A DNA stretch of 64,000 nucleotides from Chiloscyllium plagiosum (taxonomy: Eukaryota). A program made the position numbers and the translations under genes. The notes beneath the pieces are model-generated. The model did no database searches, was not told the DNA's origin, and saw only the letters and a program-made list of their open reading frames with translations. The DNA lies in NCBI RefSeq assembly GCF_004010195.1, contig NC_057719.1, positions 76,317,939 through 76,381,938 of the forward strand, given 5' to 3'. How positions within the stretch are numbered: the stretch's first letter is position 1; the number at the start of each line of letters is the position of its first letter. This document shows positions 38,673-51,751 of the stretch, one piece after another.

Positions 38673-39991
38673 AAAACTGACTGCGGAGGTTATCTACCAA
38701 GTTGCTTCCATTGTTCTTTTCTCTCAGCCCAAATTCCAGACCCCAAAATACAACATTTCTAATAGAACACTTACCTGTTTCCACATGCAATAATGTTTCC
38801 CCTTTCTGTTTATTATTTCACTGCATTCATGTGGCCCACCAAATCCGCCACCAGTTTTAATTCATTTCATGGGATGTGGATGCAACTGACAAGGCCAGTA
38901 GTTATTGCCTATCACGAATTGACCTTGAGTAGGAGGTGGTGAGCCACCTTCTCAAATCACTGCAATTCTTGTGACATACCAGGCACACCCACAATGCGAT
39001 TAAGAGGTAGTTACAGGAAGGTGGTTCAGCGGCAGTGAAGGATCCTCCCATCCCAGTTCCGGATCATCTGCACCTCGTGAGTCATAAGCTCATCAACATT
39101 AACAGCTTCTCTCTCCCTGGCTTTATCCCTATCCTCTGCAAAACCACCATTATCAACCATCCACAAAATAACTCTTGTCCTCTTTAGCTAATACCCACCT
39201 CCATTCTTTCCTTCCTTCTGTAAGTGTGCCAATATATTGCTACCTTTCAACAATGATCCTAATTTTTTTTTATTAGAAGTCTTCAAACTAGCTTCCTCAA
39301 TCCTCCAACCCTTCCAGATTATGTGATGTCTCTGCTTTTCTCCTTTCCCAACCTGTTCAAAATCATTTATTTTGATGTTCATTCTAAAATGCTTTGAGAC
39401 ATTGTGCTGCAATGCTGTGAAATTATCACTAATTAAATTGTACCCCTTTGTATGCATTATTGTATAATCTTTCTACCGTTATAATGAAGAACACTTTCCA
39501 GATTACTCCAGTATCTCCTGAAGAGACACGCAGCTATTGAGAAAAACCTCCTCTAACAAAGGAAACCAAAAACAAAATTTGGATTCTGATCTAAAAGCAA
39601 AAGTATTTTGAATATAAATATTTCCCTTGGATTTTCCTCTTTTTTAAAAATACGTTGTTTTGGTGTTAGAGAGGTCTCATTGCAGTTTGTGTATACCTCT
39701 AACAGTTATGTTTAAGAATTGTTATTTAAACTTCTTGCTTAATCAGATGAAGTTGATGAAAATATTTAAAATGACATATTACAGAAGTCGAGGTTATTCA
39801 CTTAAGATGGCACAACATTTTCTTATAGAGTCATCGAGATGCACAAATTTCCAGTCTTATCAGTCAATGCAGACAAGATTGAAACCTGCCATTCTATACA
39901 TACATCAGTCTTGCTGTAAAACAATTTAACAAATGGATGATCTCCCAAATCTCTATTTTTAGTTCACAATGACCCCTGGTTTTGTCTCTAG

Positions 39992-40155
39992 GAAAACCCG
40001 TACCACGGCCTAAAAATGCTTTTGTGACAAAATGGTTCAGTAACCCTTACACTCGGGGTTCCTACTCCCACATATCCATCGATTCAACTGGAGACATGAT
40101 TGACACACTGGCTGAACCCTTACCACAGGAAGGAGACAAGGGACATCCGAGAAAG
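39992..40155 (+). CDS. PAOX-like: PAOX-like gene 1, coding exon 6 (GC donor)
   Basis: CTCTAG acceptor; KPVPRPKNAFVTKWFSNPYTRGSYSHISIDSTGDMIDTLAEPLP; donor AAG|GCAAGT, phase 0. Confidence 0.88.
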
Positions 40156-41764
40156 GCAAGTGAAGACCAACAGTAATGTAAAATTTGCAATCAAAAGGAC
40201 AGACATCATGCCACAGGGAGACAACATTACAATATTGTACTGGGGGGGGGAATGTTGAATTCAGTCATGAGGATAAATATTTTGACAACACCATTAGGGC
40301 AGGAACTCTACTTGAGATCACTTTTGATAAAGTGCCTCATTCGAAGTTTTATGATTGATTGTGATACATTTAATGACTGAGCCAACCAATATGTATTCAA
40401 TTTAAACTTCAAGGTTTAAATAAGAAGAAGCCTGAGATGGAGTTGAGTGTGCACTTGGCAATGCTCTGCATATGCAATCATACACTGTATGAAAATAACA
40501 GATTGAAAGTAAAGATTCCTTGTGGCAATACATTTGTCTCTGGAGAGGCTTATGCAACTTATAGCTAAGACAACCTAAAACATCTTATGGTTTAATGCCC
40601 TCTATGCATTATACTTAATGATTGGGTTAATGGATTCACAATCAATTCCAGTCTCCAGTGTTTCATACTGCTTGGTAACAATTTAAATAAATAGATTTAT
40701 GAGGCACCAAAATAGGAATTTAACAACAGGCTTCGATTTAAAAAAAAAAATTTAATTGTTTATCAAATAATGGAAACTTAAGGTTTAGATTTTATATGGA
40801 TTTTGATGAACAGGTAAATGTAATTTGAAAATTGGCTGCTTTAAGCAGGAGCTAATAATAAAATTTCCCTCACTGGAAAATTCCTTGGGGATTTTCATAA
40901 TCAATTGTGTGACTGGCAGAGAATCTGCAGAAAATGAGATAGATTGTGAACTCTTTTTTTTCACAGATTACAAATAAGCAGAAACAATTTTTTTAAAATC
41001 TGCCCACCAACCTAGAAAAATAGAAACATAGGATTGGATTTTACCAAAAATCAGCCAAGTGTTCATTTTGCTGACTTTCATAGAGGGTTTCTCCCTGTGA
41101 GCTCTAGTGAGATTTCTGACATTATTCTCTGAAACTTGTCCTCTTAACCATGTACCACCTCTCTGTGGAACTCTGCTTGCCCCATTTAGCCTCTTATCAG
41201 AGGTGGAAGTGCTCACCAGTGCCAGACCCTTCCAGGATTCGTGGTGCCATTGTTGAAGTCCAGTCAAGAATTGCCAGCCAAGAGGTGGTACTGGATGTAG
41301 GTTTGCTCGCTGAGGTGGTACAGCTGACACTTCATTGCGCCCTCCAAAATATATTGCTACTTAAAAACCAAACTACCCAGTTGGTCTATTTTTATCCCAT
41401 CCCTGTGTTGTTATTCTCTGCAATGCCAAGTGTAGCCTAATGCCTTCTCACTGTTCAATATGTGACCAACACATACTGAAAAGTCCTCGAAAACATTCTC
41501 TTCTATTAAACAATAGCAAAAGTTAAGAAACTAAACAAACAAAACCTACATTTGCTGTCGGGAACAGACTGGACCACTTGCCTCTTCAGCATCAACACAC
41601 TAGTAGCCAATGAATGATCAGTGCACCAGCTCACATCCACTGGAACAGGGTGTCAATTAATTCCTGTGTGGTTTATTGTGCCTGATGCTGTGGGAAGCCA
41701 CAAATGCCAGGAAGCCTCAGTATTTTGGAAGGATAAGGTGGGTGAGAGCTGTAGTCGAAAGCTG

Positions 41765-42300
41765 CCACAGGACATTGGTTAGGCCACTTTTGGAATACTG
41801 CTTTCAATTCCAGTCTCCCTCCAATAAAGATGGTGTTCAACTTGAAATGGTGAAGAAACGATTAGCAAGGATACTGCTGGGATTGGAGATTTAAGCTACA
41901 GGGAGAGACTGAATAGGCTGGGGATACTTTCCCTGGAATCGGAAGGGTGACCTGATAGAAGCTTATAAAATCATGAAGGGCATGGATAATGTGAATAGCC
42001 AAGGTCATTTTTCCAGGTTAGGGGAATCCAAAATGAGAGGCCAGAGATTTGATAGGGGAAATATTGAAAATGGACCGCACAGGTAACATTTTCATGCAGA
42101 AGGTAGTGCATTTGTGGAATGAACTGCCAGAGGAATTGATGGAGGCTGGTAAAATCTGAATTAGTACATGAATAGGAAGAGTTTAGAGGGACTTGGGCCA
42201 AGTGCTGACAAATGGGACTTGATTAATTTAGGATATCTGTTTTACATGGACACATTGGACCAAAGGATCTGTATCTATGCTACACAAATCCATGACTCTA
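41765..42300 (+). mobile_element. CR1 LINE 3' fragment
   Basis: RTLVRPLLEYCFQF; TGGAATGAACTGCCAGAGG; CR1 3' UTR. Confidence 0.8.
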
Positions 42301-42623
42301 ATAGTGAGACTATTAGCCTTGCGGGAGGTGTGTGCAATGATAGAGTTGGTGCAAATATGAGGTGGTACAGAGAAGATGGGTTAACTTACCCATGTGGAGA
42401 GCAGAATGACTTTCCTGTGATACTGCTCTGCATTTCTTCCGATCAGGGAAATGGCACTGACCCAGTTTGATGCCAGCAGCATCTGTTGCCGTAGATGCCA
42501 CTGATGATCCTGTGCAAAGGGCATGGCCCTCCCCCTCATGACCCTGACCACCAGGACCTGCAGTCCCTCATCCATGAACAGGGGGCCAACTTCCCTTTCT
42601 CAGCCAACTCCTTTCAGAAGGTC

Positions 42624-43812
42624 ATGATTTGGAGATGCCGGTGTTAGATTGGGGTGGACAAAGTTCAAAATCACACAACACCAGCTTATAGTCCACCAGG
42701 TTTATTTGGAAGCACTAGCTTTCTACGTGCTGCTCCTTCATCAGGTCATGATTTGAGGGTGTTGGTGTTAGACTGGGTGTACAAAGTTAAAAATCACACA
42801 ACACCAGGTCATAGTCCACCAGGTTTATTTGGAAGCACTAGCTTTCAAAGCGCTGCTCCTTCATCAGTGGTTTTGGAGTATAAGATCGTAAGACACAGAA
42901 TTTATAGCAAAAGTTTACAGTGTGATGTAACTGAAATTATATATTGAAAAAGACCTTGTTTGTTTGTAAAGTCTCTCATCTTTTATAATGATATGGAGAT
43001 GCTGGTGTTGGACTGGGGTGTACAAAGTTAAAAATCACACAACACCAGGTTATAGTCCAACAGGTTCAATTGGAAGCACACTAGCTTTTGGAGCACTGTT
43101 CCTTCATCAGATGGCAGATGGTTGAGTGAGCAGCGCTCTGAAAGCTAGTGCTTCCAATTACACCTGTTGGTCTATAACTTGGTGTTATGTGATGTTTAAT
43201 CTTTTAGAATGACAATGTTGGTTTCAGTTCTTTCATACGTAAAACCCAGAACTTTTTTAAAGTTACATTCTCAAGTGAACTTTAACAAGAGGTGCCATGT
43301 CGGCCCAGATAATGCATTGAAGGTGTGAGATGCCCTGTGTGAGGCTGTCTGTGCCCCAGTGTTCAGACTGATTCTATTTCTGAACAAGGGATTTACAGAA
43401 TCTTACATGGATTCATGCAGTTTTTGAGCAAAATAAAATGTAATTCTGCAAGTCCAAATTCACCCCACCAACTTATATGTGTGTGTGTGTGTTGGGGGAG
43501 GCGGGGTGGAGATCATATGTGTATTTGTGTGAGTGTGAGTGTAAAGGCAAATAAGTCTGTGAGAGGGTGCTTGTGTGTGTGTGAACGTGGCAGTGTATGT
43601 GTGAGCGTATGAGAGAAGGTCTGCGTGAACATATGGGTCTGTAGGAGCGTGTGTGTGTCTGTGTCTCTGTGTGCATCTGTAGGAGTGTGTGTGTGTGCAT
43701 GCGTGCATGTGCACGTGTATGAAGTGCAGTGGGGTCACCTGTACCCAAGGTCCCGGTTGAGGCCATCCCCATGGGCACCGAACTTGGCTATCAGACTCTG
43801 CTCGGCCATTTT
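42624..43812 (-). mobile_element. Penelope-like element family A 3' end with repeated hammerhead-bearing terminal repeats
   Basis: Minus strand AEQSLIAKFGAHGDGLNRDLG is a GIY-YIG C-terminal motif. A CA-rich UTR follows, then tandem ~120-bp units with CTGATGA-A-GGAGC-AGC-GCT..-GAAA-GCTA-GTG. Confidence 0.75.
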
Positions 43813-43829
43813 GCACACACACACACCAT

Positions 43830-45035
43830 TTCGCCAACTCCAACACGACGCCACCACTAAACACATCTTCCCTTCCCTCCCCCTGTCTGCATTCCGTAGA
43901 GATCGTTCCCTCCAGGACAACCTAATCCACTCGATTAGTGGTGCTGGAAGAGCACAGCAGTTCAGGCAGCATCTAAGCATTTGCCCGAAACGTCGATTTC
44001 GAAGCTCCTTGGATGCTGCCTGAACTGCTGTGCTCTTCCAGCATCACTAATCCAGAATCTGGTTCCAGCATCTGCGGTCATTGTTTTTACCTTTTTTTAC
44101 TCCTCCATCACACCTAACACCTCTCCCATCACACACGGCACCTTCCCATGCAATCGCAGAAGGTGCAACACTTGCCCCTTTACCTCTTCCATGCTCACCA
44201 TCCAAGGCCCCAAACACTCATTTCAGAATAAGCAGCGTTTCACTTGTACCTCTTTCAATTTGATCTATTGCATTCGTTGCTCCCAATGTGGTCTCCCCTA
44301 TATCAGAGAGACATAACGCCGGCTGGGTGATCGCTTTGCTGAGCACCTTTGGTCTGTATGCAATCAGGTCCCGGACCTTCCTGTAGCTTGCCACTTCAAC
44401 TCCAATCCTGCTCCCATGCCCACATGTCTGTCCTTGGCCTGCTGCAATGTTCCAGTGAAGCTCAACGCAAACTGGAGGAACAGCATCTGATCTTCCGACT
44501 AGACCCGTTACAGCCTGCCCGTCTCAACACTGAATTCAACAACTTCAGATGATTATCCCACCTCGACCCCCCATTTTCATTCTTCTCCATAATTTTATTT
44601 CATTTATTTTATTTATCTTTTTTTAATATTTTTTCACTTCTGTACCTCTTATTTCTTGATTGTCTCTCTTTCTCTTGCTCCCCACTCTCTCATCACCTTT
44701 TTCCTCTCCTCTTCCCCCTTTGCTACCCTTCTCCCCTGTTTTCCACTTTGCCTCTGCTTCACCCATCCCCCACATATTTTGTCACATTGCACTGGCTTCA
44801 GCCTTGGTCATTCACAGCTCCTAATCTCTTTATAATCTCTCTATGCACTGTCATTATCACCTCTTTATTGCTACCTTTGCTTCTGGAGCCATGACTCACC
44901 TTCTCTCCCTCTTTTTAAGCTTTGACAAAGGGTCAGCTCTTTTCTCTCCTTACAGATGCTGCCAGACCTGCTGAGATTTTCCAGCATTTTCTCTTTTGGT
45001 TTCAGATTCCAGCATCTGCAGTAATTTACTTTTAT
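43830..45035 (+). mobile_element. Penelope-like element family B 3' part with GIY-YIG endonuclease remnant
   Basis: FPSLPLSAFRRDRSL; GTFPCNRRRCNTC..FTCTSFNLIYCIRCSQCGLPYIRET; RKLEEQHLIFRL..LNTEFNNFR. Contains stops and frameshifts; a hairpin repeat is inserted at ~43931-44090. Confidence 0.85.
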
Positions 45036-45918
45036 ACCCCTTTACACTCACACTCACACACATACGCAGACACGCATTCTCTCACATACACTCATACCCT
45101 GCCCACACACACACACACCCACATATAAGTTGGTGGGGTGAATTTGTACTTGCAGAATTACATTTTATTTTGCTCAAAAACTGCATGAATCCATGTAAGA
45201 ATCTGTAAATCCTTGTTTAGAAATGTTCAGTCTGAACATTGGGGCACAGACAGCCTCACACAGGGCACTTCACACCTTCAATGCATTGTCTGAGATGAAA
45301 TGGCACCTCTTGTTAAAGTTCATTTGAGAATGGTTACTTTAAAAAAGTTCTGGGTTTTACATATGAAAGAACTGAAACCAACATGGTCATTCTAAAAGAT
45401 GAGAGACTTTACAAACAATCTAGGTCTTTTTCAACATATAAATTTAGTTGCATCACACCGTAAGCTTTTGCTATAAACTCTGTGTCTTACGATCTTATAC
45501 TCCACAATCACCTGATGAAGGAGCAACACATAGAAAGTTAGTCCTTCCAAATAAACCTGTTGGACAACAACCTTCTTCATTCAGGTGGTTGTGGAGCAGA
45601 ATTATTAGACACAATCAACAGGATTGCAGTGTCATGGAATGTAATATTAAATAAATGTAGCTTACGTCTTCCATTTTTTAGAATGATCATGTTAGTTTTG
45701 GTTCCTTCACATGTAAATCCCAGAACATTTTTCAAGTTCCATCCTCAAAATGGCTTTAACAATAGGTGTCATCTCAGCTCAGACAATGCATTGAAGGTGT
45801 TCAAGTCTGTCTGTGTCCCTAAATTAGGTCAGACTGATTCTATTTCTAAGATGGGAGTTACAGAATCTTACATGGATTTAGGCAGTTTTTGAGCAAAAAA
45901 GAATGTAATTCTGCAAGG
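45036..45918. mobile_element. Two further Penelope family A UTR copies (+ 45036-45570; - 45575-45918)
   Basis: 45110-45570 is the reverse complement of ~42810-43490 minus an internal insert; 45680-45918 repeats ~43200-43450 directly. Confidence 0.75.
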
Positions 45919-46073
45919 TGGTAAAGTCGCACACCTAGAATGGTAATGATTAGCCTGCAGCATTTGAACTGGTACAAAGCTGGGCTTTAAAATGGCACCC
46001 TTGGCACTTATGCTGAAAGGTCCCATCAGTGCCGAGCACACCACCTCACCCACCCACCACCATCCTCCCCCCC

Positions 46074-46303
46074 NNNNNNNNNNNNNNNNNNNNNNNNNNN
46101 NNNNNNNNNNNNNNNNNNNNNNNNNNNNNNNNNNNNNNNNNNNNNNNNNNNNNNNNNNNNNNNNNNNNNNNNNNNNNNNNNNNNNNNNNNNNNNNNNNNN
46201 NNNNNNNNNNNNNNNNNNNNNNNNNNNNNNNNNNNNNNNNNNNNNNNNNNNNNNNNNNNNNNNNNNNNNNNNNNNNNNNNNNNNNNNNNNNNNNNNNNNN
46301 NNN
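46074..46303. other. Assembly gap (230 N)
   Basis: Run of N. Confidence 1.

Positions 46304-46367
<64 letters not shown>
46304..46367. repeat. (CA)n microsatellite
   Basis: Perfect CA repeat adjoining the gap. Confidence 0.98.
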
Positions 46368-46371
<4 letters not shown>

Positions 46372-46439
46372 CTGTGAAATACCCAAAGATCGACGCTTAG
46401 CTAATGTACAGGAAGATTCGGCCCATAAGTTATAGAGTG

Positions 46440-47090
46440 ATAGAGTCTTAGAGATGTACAGCCTGCGACTGCACACCTTTTTGAGATTAGATCCCATCTA
46501 TTATTTCAGGTGGATATAAAAGCTCGGGCGGCACGGTGGCACAGTGGTTAGCACTGCTGCCTCGCAGCGCCAGAGACCCGGGTTCAATTCCCGCCTCAGG
46601 CGACTGACTGTGTGGAGTTTGCACGTTCTCCCCGTGTCTGCGTGGGTTTCCTCCGGGTGCTCCGGTTTCCTCCCACAGTCCAAAGATGTGCAGGTCAGGT
46701 GAATTGGCCATGCTAAATTGCCCGTAGTGTTAGGTAAGGGGTAAATGTATGGGTGGGTTGCGCTTCGGCGGGGCGGTGTGGACTTGTTGGGCCGAAGGGC
46801 CTGTTTCCACACTGTAAGTAATCTAATCTAATCTAATCTCTCATAATAATTCAAAGAAAAGTGAGAAAGTTTTCCTTGACGTCCTGGCCAATGTTTATCC
46901 TTCAACCAGCATCATTAAAGCAGATAATCCTGCTATACATTTCACTTCTGTTTGTGAGACGTTCCTGTGCAAAAATTGGCTTCTGTGTTTCCTACATGAC
47001 ATGAGTGACTATTCTCTGCAAGTAGTTACTTGGGGACGATGTCCTGTAGTTGTGAAAGACGCTACATAAATGTAAGTTCTTCCTTTCTTT
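46440..47090 (+). mobile_element. Old DeuSINE (SacSINE1/AmnSINE-like) interrupted by an HE1 SINE
   Basis: GTCCTGGCCAATGTTTATCCTTCAACCAGCATC..GTGCAAAAATTGGC..TTTCCTACAT..GTGAAAGACGCTACATAAATGTAAG resembles the Deu domain and tail as I recall them. Confidence 0.55.
46526..46838 (+). mobile_element. Young full-length HE1-type SINE
   Basis: GGGCGGCACGGTGGCACAGTGGTTAGC head, GGTTCAATTCC B box, (TAATC)4 tail, CpG-rich. Confidence 0.92.
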
Positions 47091-47148
47091 GGTGAGGAAT
47101 AAGTGCATATGCCTGCAGTTTGCAATAATCATGTCCCTCTGATTCTAG

Positions 47149-47298
<150 letters not shown>

Positions 47299-47824
47299 TT
47301 TAAATGTATCCATGTAGTAATGTGTCGGAACATTTGAAACTTGATTTATCAATATAACCAATCAGTCACTTTTTTACCCTTCCATTTTGAAGTTTCATTT
47401 TAACTACAAGTCAACTTGACCCAAACTTTTATCAAAGAGTGTGGTGCTGGAAAAGCACAGCAGGTCAGGCAACATCCAAGGAGCAGGAGACTTGACGTTT
47501 CGAACATAAGCTCTTCATCTGGAATGATTCCTTCTGACTCTGATCTCCAACATCTGCAGTACTCACTTTCTCCAAGTTGCTATCAGCTTGGCTGGAGAAA
47601 TGTGTTTTTACATTAACCCAAAGCTTGTCAAATGTTTCAGCCATTTATACAGGATAGTCATTGTTTTTAGGACAATTAAAGACCGTTCAGATTGCTGTTT
47701 CTCTTGCTCTTTATTCCATGGAACATGCACTGTAAACAAACAGAAATGGTCTTTGAAGGTAATTCAGTGCGTTGATGAGAGCAGTGTATTTGATGTGATC
47801 TACATGGGCTTCAGCAAGGCTTTT

Positions 47825-48670
47825 AGAGTCGTACAGTCATAGAGATGTACAGCATGGAAACAGACCCTTCGGTCAAACCTGTTCATGCCGACCAGATATC
47901 CCAATCCAATATAGTCCCACCTGCCAGCACCCGGCCCATATCCCTCCAAACCCTTCCTATTCATATAACCACCCAAATGCCTGTTAAATGTTGCAATTGT
48001 ACCAGCCTCCACCACTTCCTCTGGCAGTTCATTCCATACACATACCACCCTCTGCGTGAAAAGGTTGCCCCTTAGGTCTCTTTTATATCTTTCCCCTCTC
48101 ACCCTAAACCTATGCCCTCTAGCTCTGGACTCCCCGACCCCAGGGAAAAGACTTTGTCTATTTATCCTATCCATGCCCCTCTATAAGGTCACCCCTCAAC
48201 CTCTGACGCTCCAGGGAAAACAGCCCCAGCCTGTTCAGCCTCTCCCTGTAGTTCAGTTCCTCCAACCCTGGCAACATCCTTGTAAATCTTTTCTGAACCC
48301 TTTCAAGTTTCACAACATTTTTCCGATTGGAAGGAGACCAGAATTGCATGCAATATTCCAACAGTGGCCTAACCAATGTCCTGTACAGCCGCAACATGAC
48401 CTCCCAACTCCTGAACTCAATACTCTGACCAATAAAGGAAAGCATACCAAACGCCTTCTTCACTATCCTATCTACCTGTGACTCCACTTTCAAGGAACTA
48501 TGAACCTGCACTCCAAGGTCTCTTTGTTCAGCAACACTCCCTAGAACCTTACCATTAAGTGTATAATTTCTGCTAAGATTTGCTTTCCCAAAGTGTAGCA
48601 ACTCGCATTTATATGAATTAAACTCCATCTGCCACTTCTCTGCCCATTGGCCCATCTGGTCCAGATCCTC
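47825..48670 (-). mobile_element. Young CR1 LINE 3' fragment (~850 bp)
   Basis: ORFs 48167-48709 and 47800-48174: WAEKWQMEFN..KCELLHFG..LYRTLVRPLLEYC..WNELPEEVV. Confidence 0.92.
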
Positions 48671-49340
48671 TCGATTGCAGAACTGCAGATAGGTCCTGGA
48701 AAACATCAACAGTTCAGCAAGATATTACTTCTGTCATTGAACTTTACTTTCTCGGTGCTATGAAAACATCATGCTAGTCACTCTACAATATGAATTTTTA
48801 CTAAATCCGTCCTCCTCATCACTCTCTGGTGCAAGGTTCACTAGCTATATACTCTCCACTCTGCATGAGCCTCCCTGTTTGTCCAAGAGACTCCACACAT
48901 ACAAATGGTGGATGTCACCACCAAAAGTCTTCCCCTGCTGTGAAACATCTGCTCCCAGCAGTTTCTTTGTGTAGAAACCAACAAAAAGCAAGAGAGCATG
49001 AGTGGTGCACTCTTTCAGTTCTGCCATTAGGAATGGCATATAACAGTTAAAATCATGCTCTTGGCATACAAAATGGATGTGGGTTTAATGCATACATCTG
49101 CTGAAGAGTATTGCAACTCTGTGGGCAACCTTCTGCTGTCTCAGATGGTATGCATGAAGGTGGAAAGGCATGTAGTTAGGTGGAAAATGGTGTGTCTGAA
49201 CCTTGCCACCTTCAGCATTTGCCAGAATTAAGTTCTGAACGGGAAGGCCCATGGTCAACCCACCAACACCCCTGCAGATTGAGACTCACAAGCGGCCAAC
49301 GAATAATCACTTTAAGTTCGTCTTCCAATCGCCACTGGGG

Positions 49341-50803
49341 TTTACTTGCACTTGGGGTAGTAACTGCCCATAGAGAGGCATGTATTAAATGTCAGGTTTT
49401 GAACATTTATTTCTTAAGAATGTCAAAAGAAACATATCAAAGCTTATTTAGCTTCACAAAACAAACCATACTTCTGGGCTGCAGGTGGGCCAATCACATT
49501 GTGGCAAGTGTGGTAGCTAAAACCATGCAGTTAGCTCATGGCCTCCCGGACTGGGTTCCCTCGATCGAAAACACTGAGGGTCTGAGTAAGGGTCTAGGTG
49601 TTGGGGAGTGGAGGGGGAGATGTGGTGAGCAGAAGAGCTCCTGGTTTCTGTTTGCCTGAAAGCCCTCTGTGAGTGAGACATCCAGTTCCTCACCTCTTGA
49701 TTCCAATGCGCGGCCTTACTGGTGGCCTGGACACAGCCTGTCTGCTTTGCGATCTTGGCAGGTCTTCTGGAACAACGACAGTGTTGGTCCCCCACTGGCT
49801 CTCCATTCTGACAATGGAATTATAACCTCTGACCTCAGCTGTGGGTCTGAACATCACAACATTAGAACCCAAAGACAAGGGAGAATCAGACTGCTATATT
49901 AAGAACTGCTGTGAGCTGACAAAACACTTTGTTTAAAGGACAAAGTTATAAAGAAATAAGCCAGTACTAGTTACACGTTACTGTTTGGCAATCAATTGCA
50001 AAAAAGGCAATTTGTGCAAGAACTTGCCACATGGTGACAGTTGCAAAAGAATGGTATTTAAACTAATCTTTCTTTCATCTCATCTGAGGCTTGAGAGTGC
50101 AAACATTTTGTTACTCATTAGCTTCCCAATGACAAGTGACTGGTAGTGCTTTATGACTTTGAACTGTAACATACAAATTGGACACGACCTTTGGCCTGTT
50201 ATCAATTTATGGATGTTTGAACCAAAGTACTTTAACACAGCCTCGAGCGATGTGGGCTAAGTCATCTTGAAGAGAATTGTATGGGAGGATATACCCAATC
50301 TGAGAAGATCTATGTTCTATGACAATCTGCTTTTCGAGTCAGTAAGTAGAATTGAAGGTAGGTAAAAGATTCTAAACCAGACACTGATGCTAATTGTCAA
50401 TACTGAATACAGATGGATAGGTGGAATTTGCTTACTGTGTGGAGACTGTCACATCAATCTGAACTCAAAGGCCATTGAGAAAATAAATTCAAATACTGAG
50501 TATAAATTGCAGACAAGCAAGTTTCCAGATCTGGGTTTTAACTGTACTTCAACTGTAGAGAGATTTTAATGGTACCTTAGTGCAAATTTTTCAAAGATTC
50601 TTGGAATCAAATTTCAAAGTACGTCTGCTGGTCCATAGGAAGTGTTTTGCAATATGCCATACCTAGCATCTTTTCCCAGAAGTATGCTTTTGTTTTGCAA
50701 AGTTAAATGAGCTTTGATATATTTCTTTTAACGTTCTTAAGGTAAAAATGTTTAAAACATGACATTTAATGCATGCCTCTTGTTGGGCAAGTGCAAGTGA
50801 AAA
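49341..50803. mobile_element. Probable old DNA-transposon remnant bounded by ~130-bp imperfect inverted repeats
   Basis: 49341-49478 is an approximate reverse complement of 50675-50803. Confidence 0.55.
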
Positions 50804-51751
50804 TGAAAGACGTTTGCAATTAGAAAATGTTGGAAATACATATTCTATGGCTGAGATGTATGCAGAGTTGACAGGTTTGTCTGTGTGTGACAGGTTTGTC
50901 TGTGTGTGACAGGTTTTATTCACAGTTCTTTAAAATGTCTGCTCCAGGCTTCTCACTCATTCATTCCACCTTGTTCTCTGGCTTTGTTTCTTTTTCCTCT
51001 GAGTCCACAGCCAAGCTTGACCAATCAAACACAGTGAGGATCAATAATAAACAGACTCCTGTAATGAAATACAGAACAACTGAACACTATAATATACACT
51101 GATCCATCAGTATCAACGAAGCAAAACAGGTTATGTTTAGGAAGGAAATTGCAATAAACGACCTGGTTCCGATAAAATAATCTAACTTTCCTATTTCATC
51201 ATGGCTGATGAATATTGGGAATGCATATACCAGCGCTATGAATGGCTGATCATCAGATGTCCTATGATTTTAGAAAAGCTAATCTGCCAATTTCTTTTTG
51301 TCAGATTCCTCAAATCCATTTTAGATTTTTTCCACTTTGAGGAACCTTTATGAGGCATTTCCCAAGTAATCGTAAGATGCTCTGCCTTTCATTTGGATCA
51401 CCTCTGAGATCTTGGGATAGTGGTCCAAACTCTGATGTGCATATATGTGTTCTCCAACGCAAAGTGGAACTCACCCCCAAAATGAAGATGCCCCAATATA
51501 TACCCGGGAGGGCTATGAGTTACTCAGCATTGAACTTGACTGACTGTGTATGTAGGTCTGGCTGAGAATATGGTACTGTCTAATTGATGAGTAGCGGAAG
51601 GGTAATGCCATGATATAAATATGAAGAGACACTGAATACTTCAGCATGTTTTCAGAGCAGATCCATGTGGAAAATAAGGACACCTAGGGAAAAATTGGGC
51701 ATTTGCCTGAATCAATTAAATATAAGTCAACAGTTTAATGTTCCAAAATGA

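Noticed and set aside
42624..42870. Tandem direct repeats resembling a CRISPR-like array
   Set aside because: Units are ~120-bp Penelope terminal repeats with no unique spacers; eukaryotic context with no cas genes
45868..46497. Long ORFs of 106-209 aa
   Set aside because: Artefacts of the N gap and (CA)n repeat
50868..50916. 19-bp tandem repeat TGACAGGTTTGTCTGTGTG, about 2.5 copies
   Set aside because: Simple local duplication with no further evidence of function
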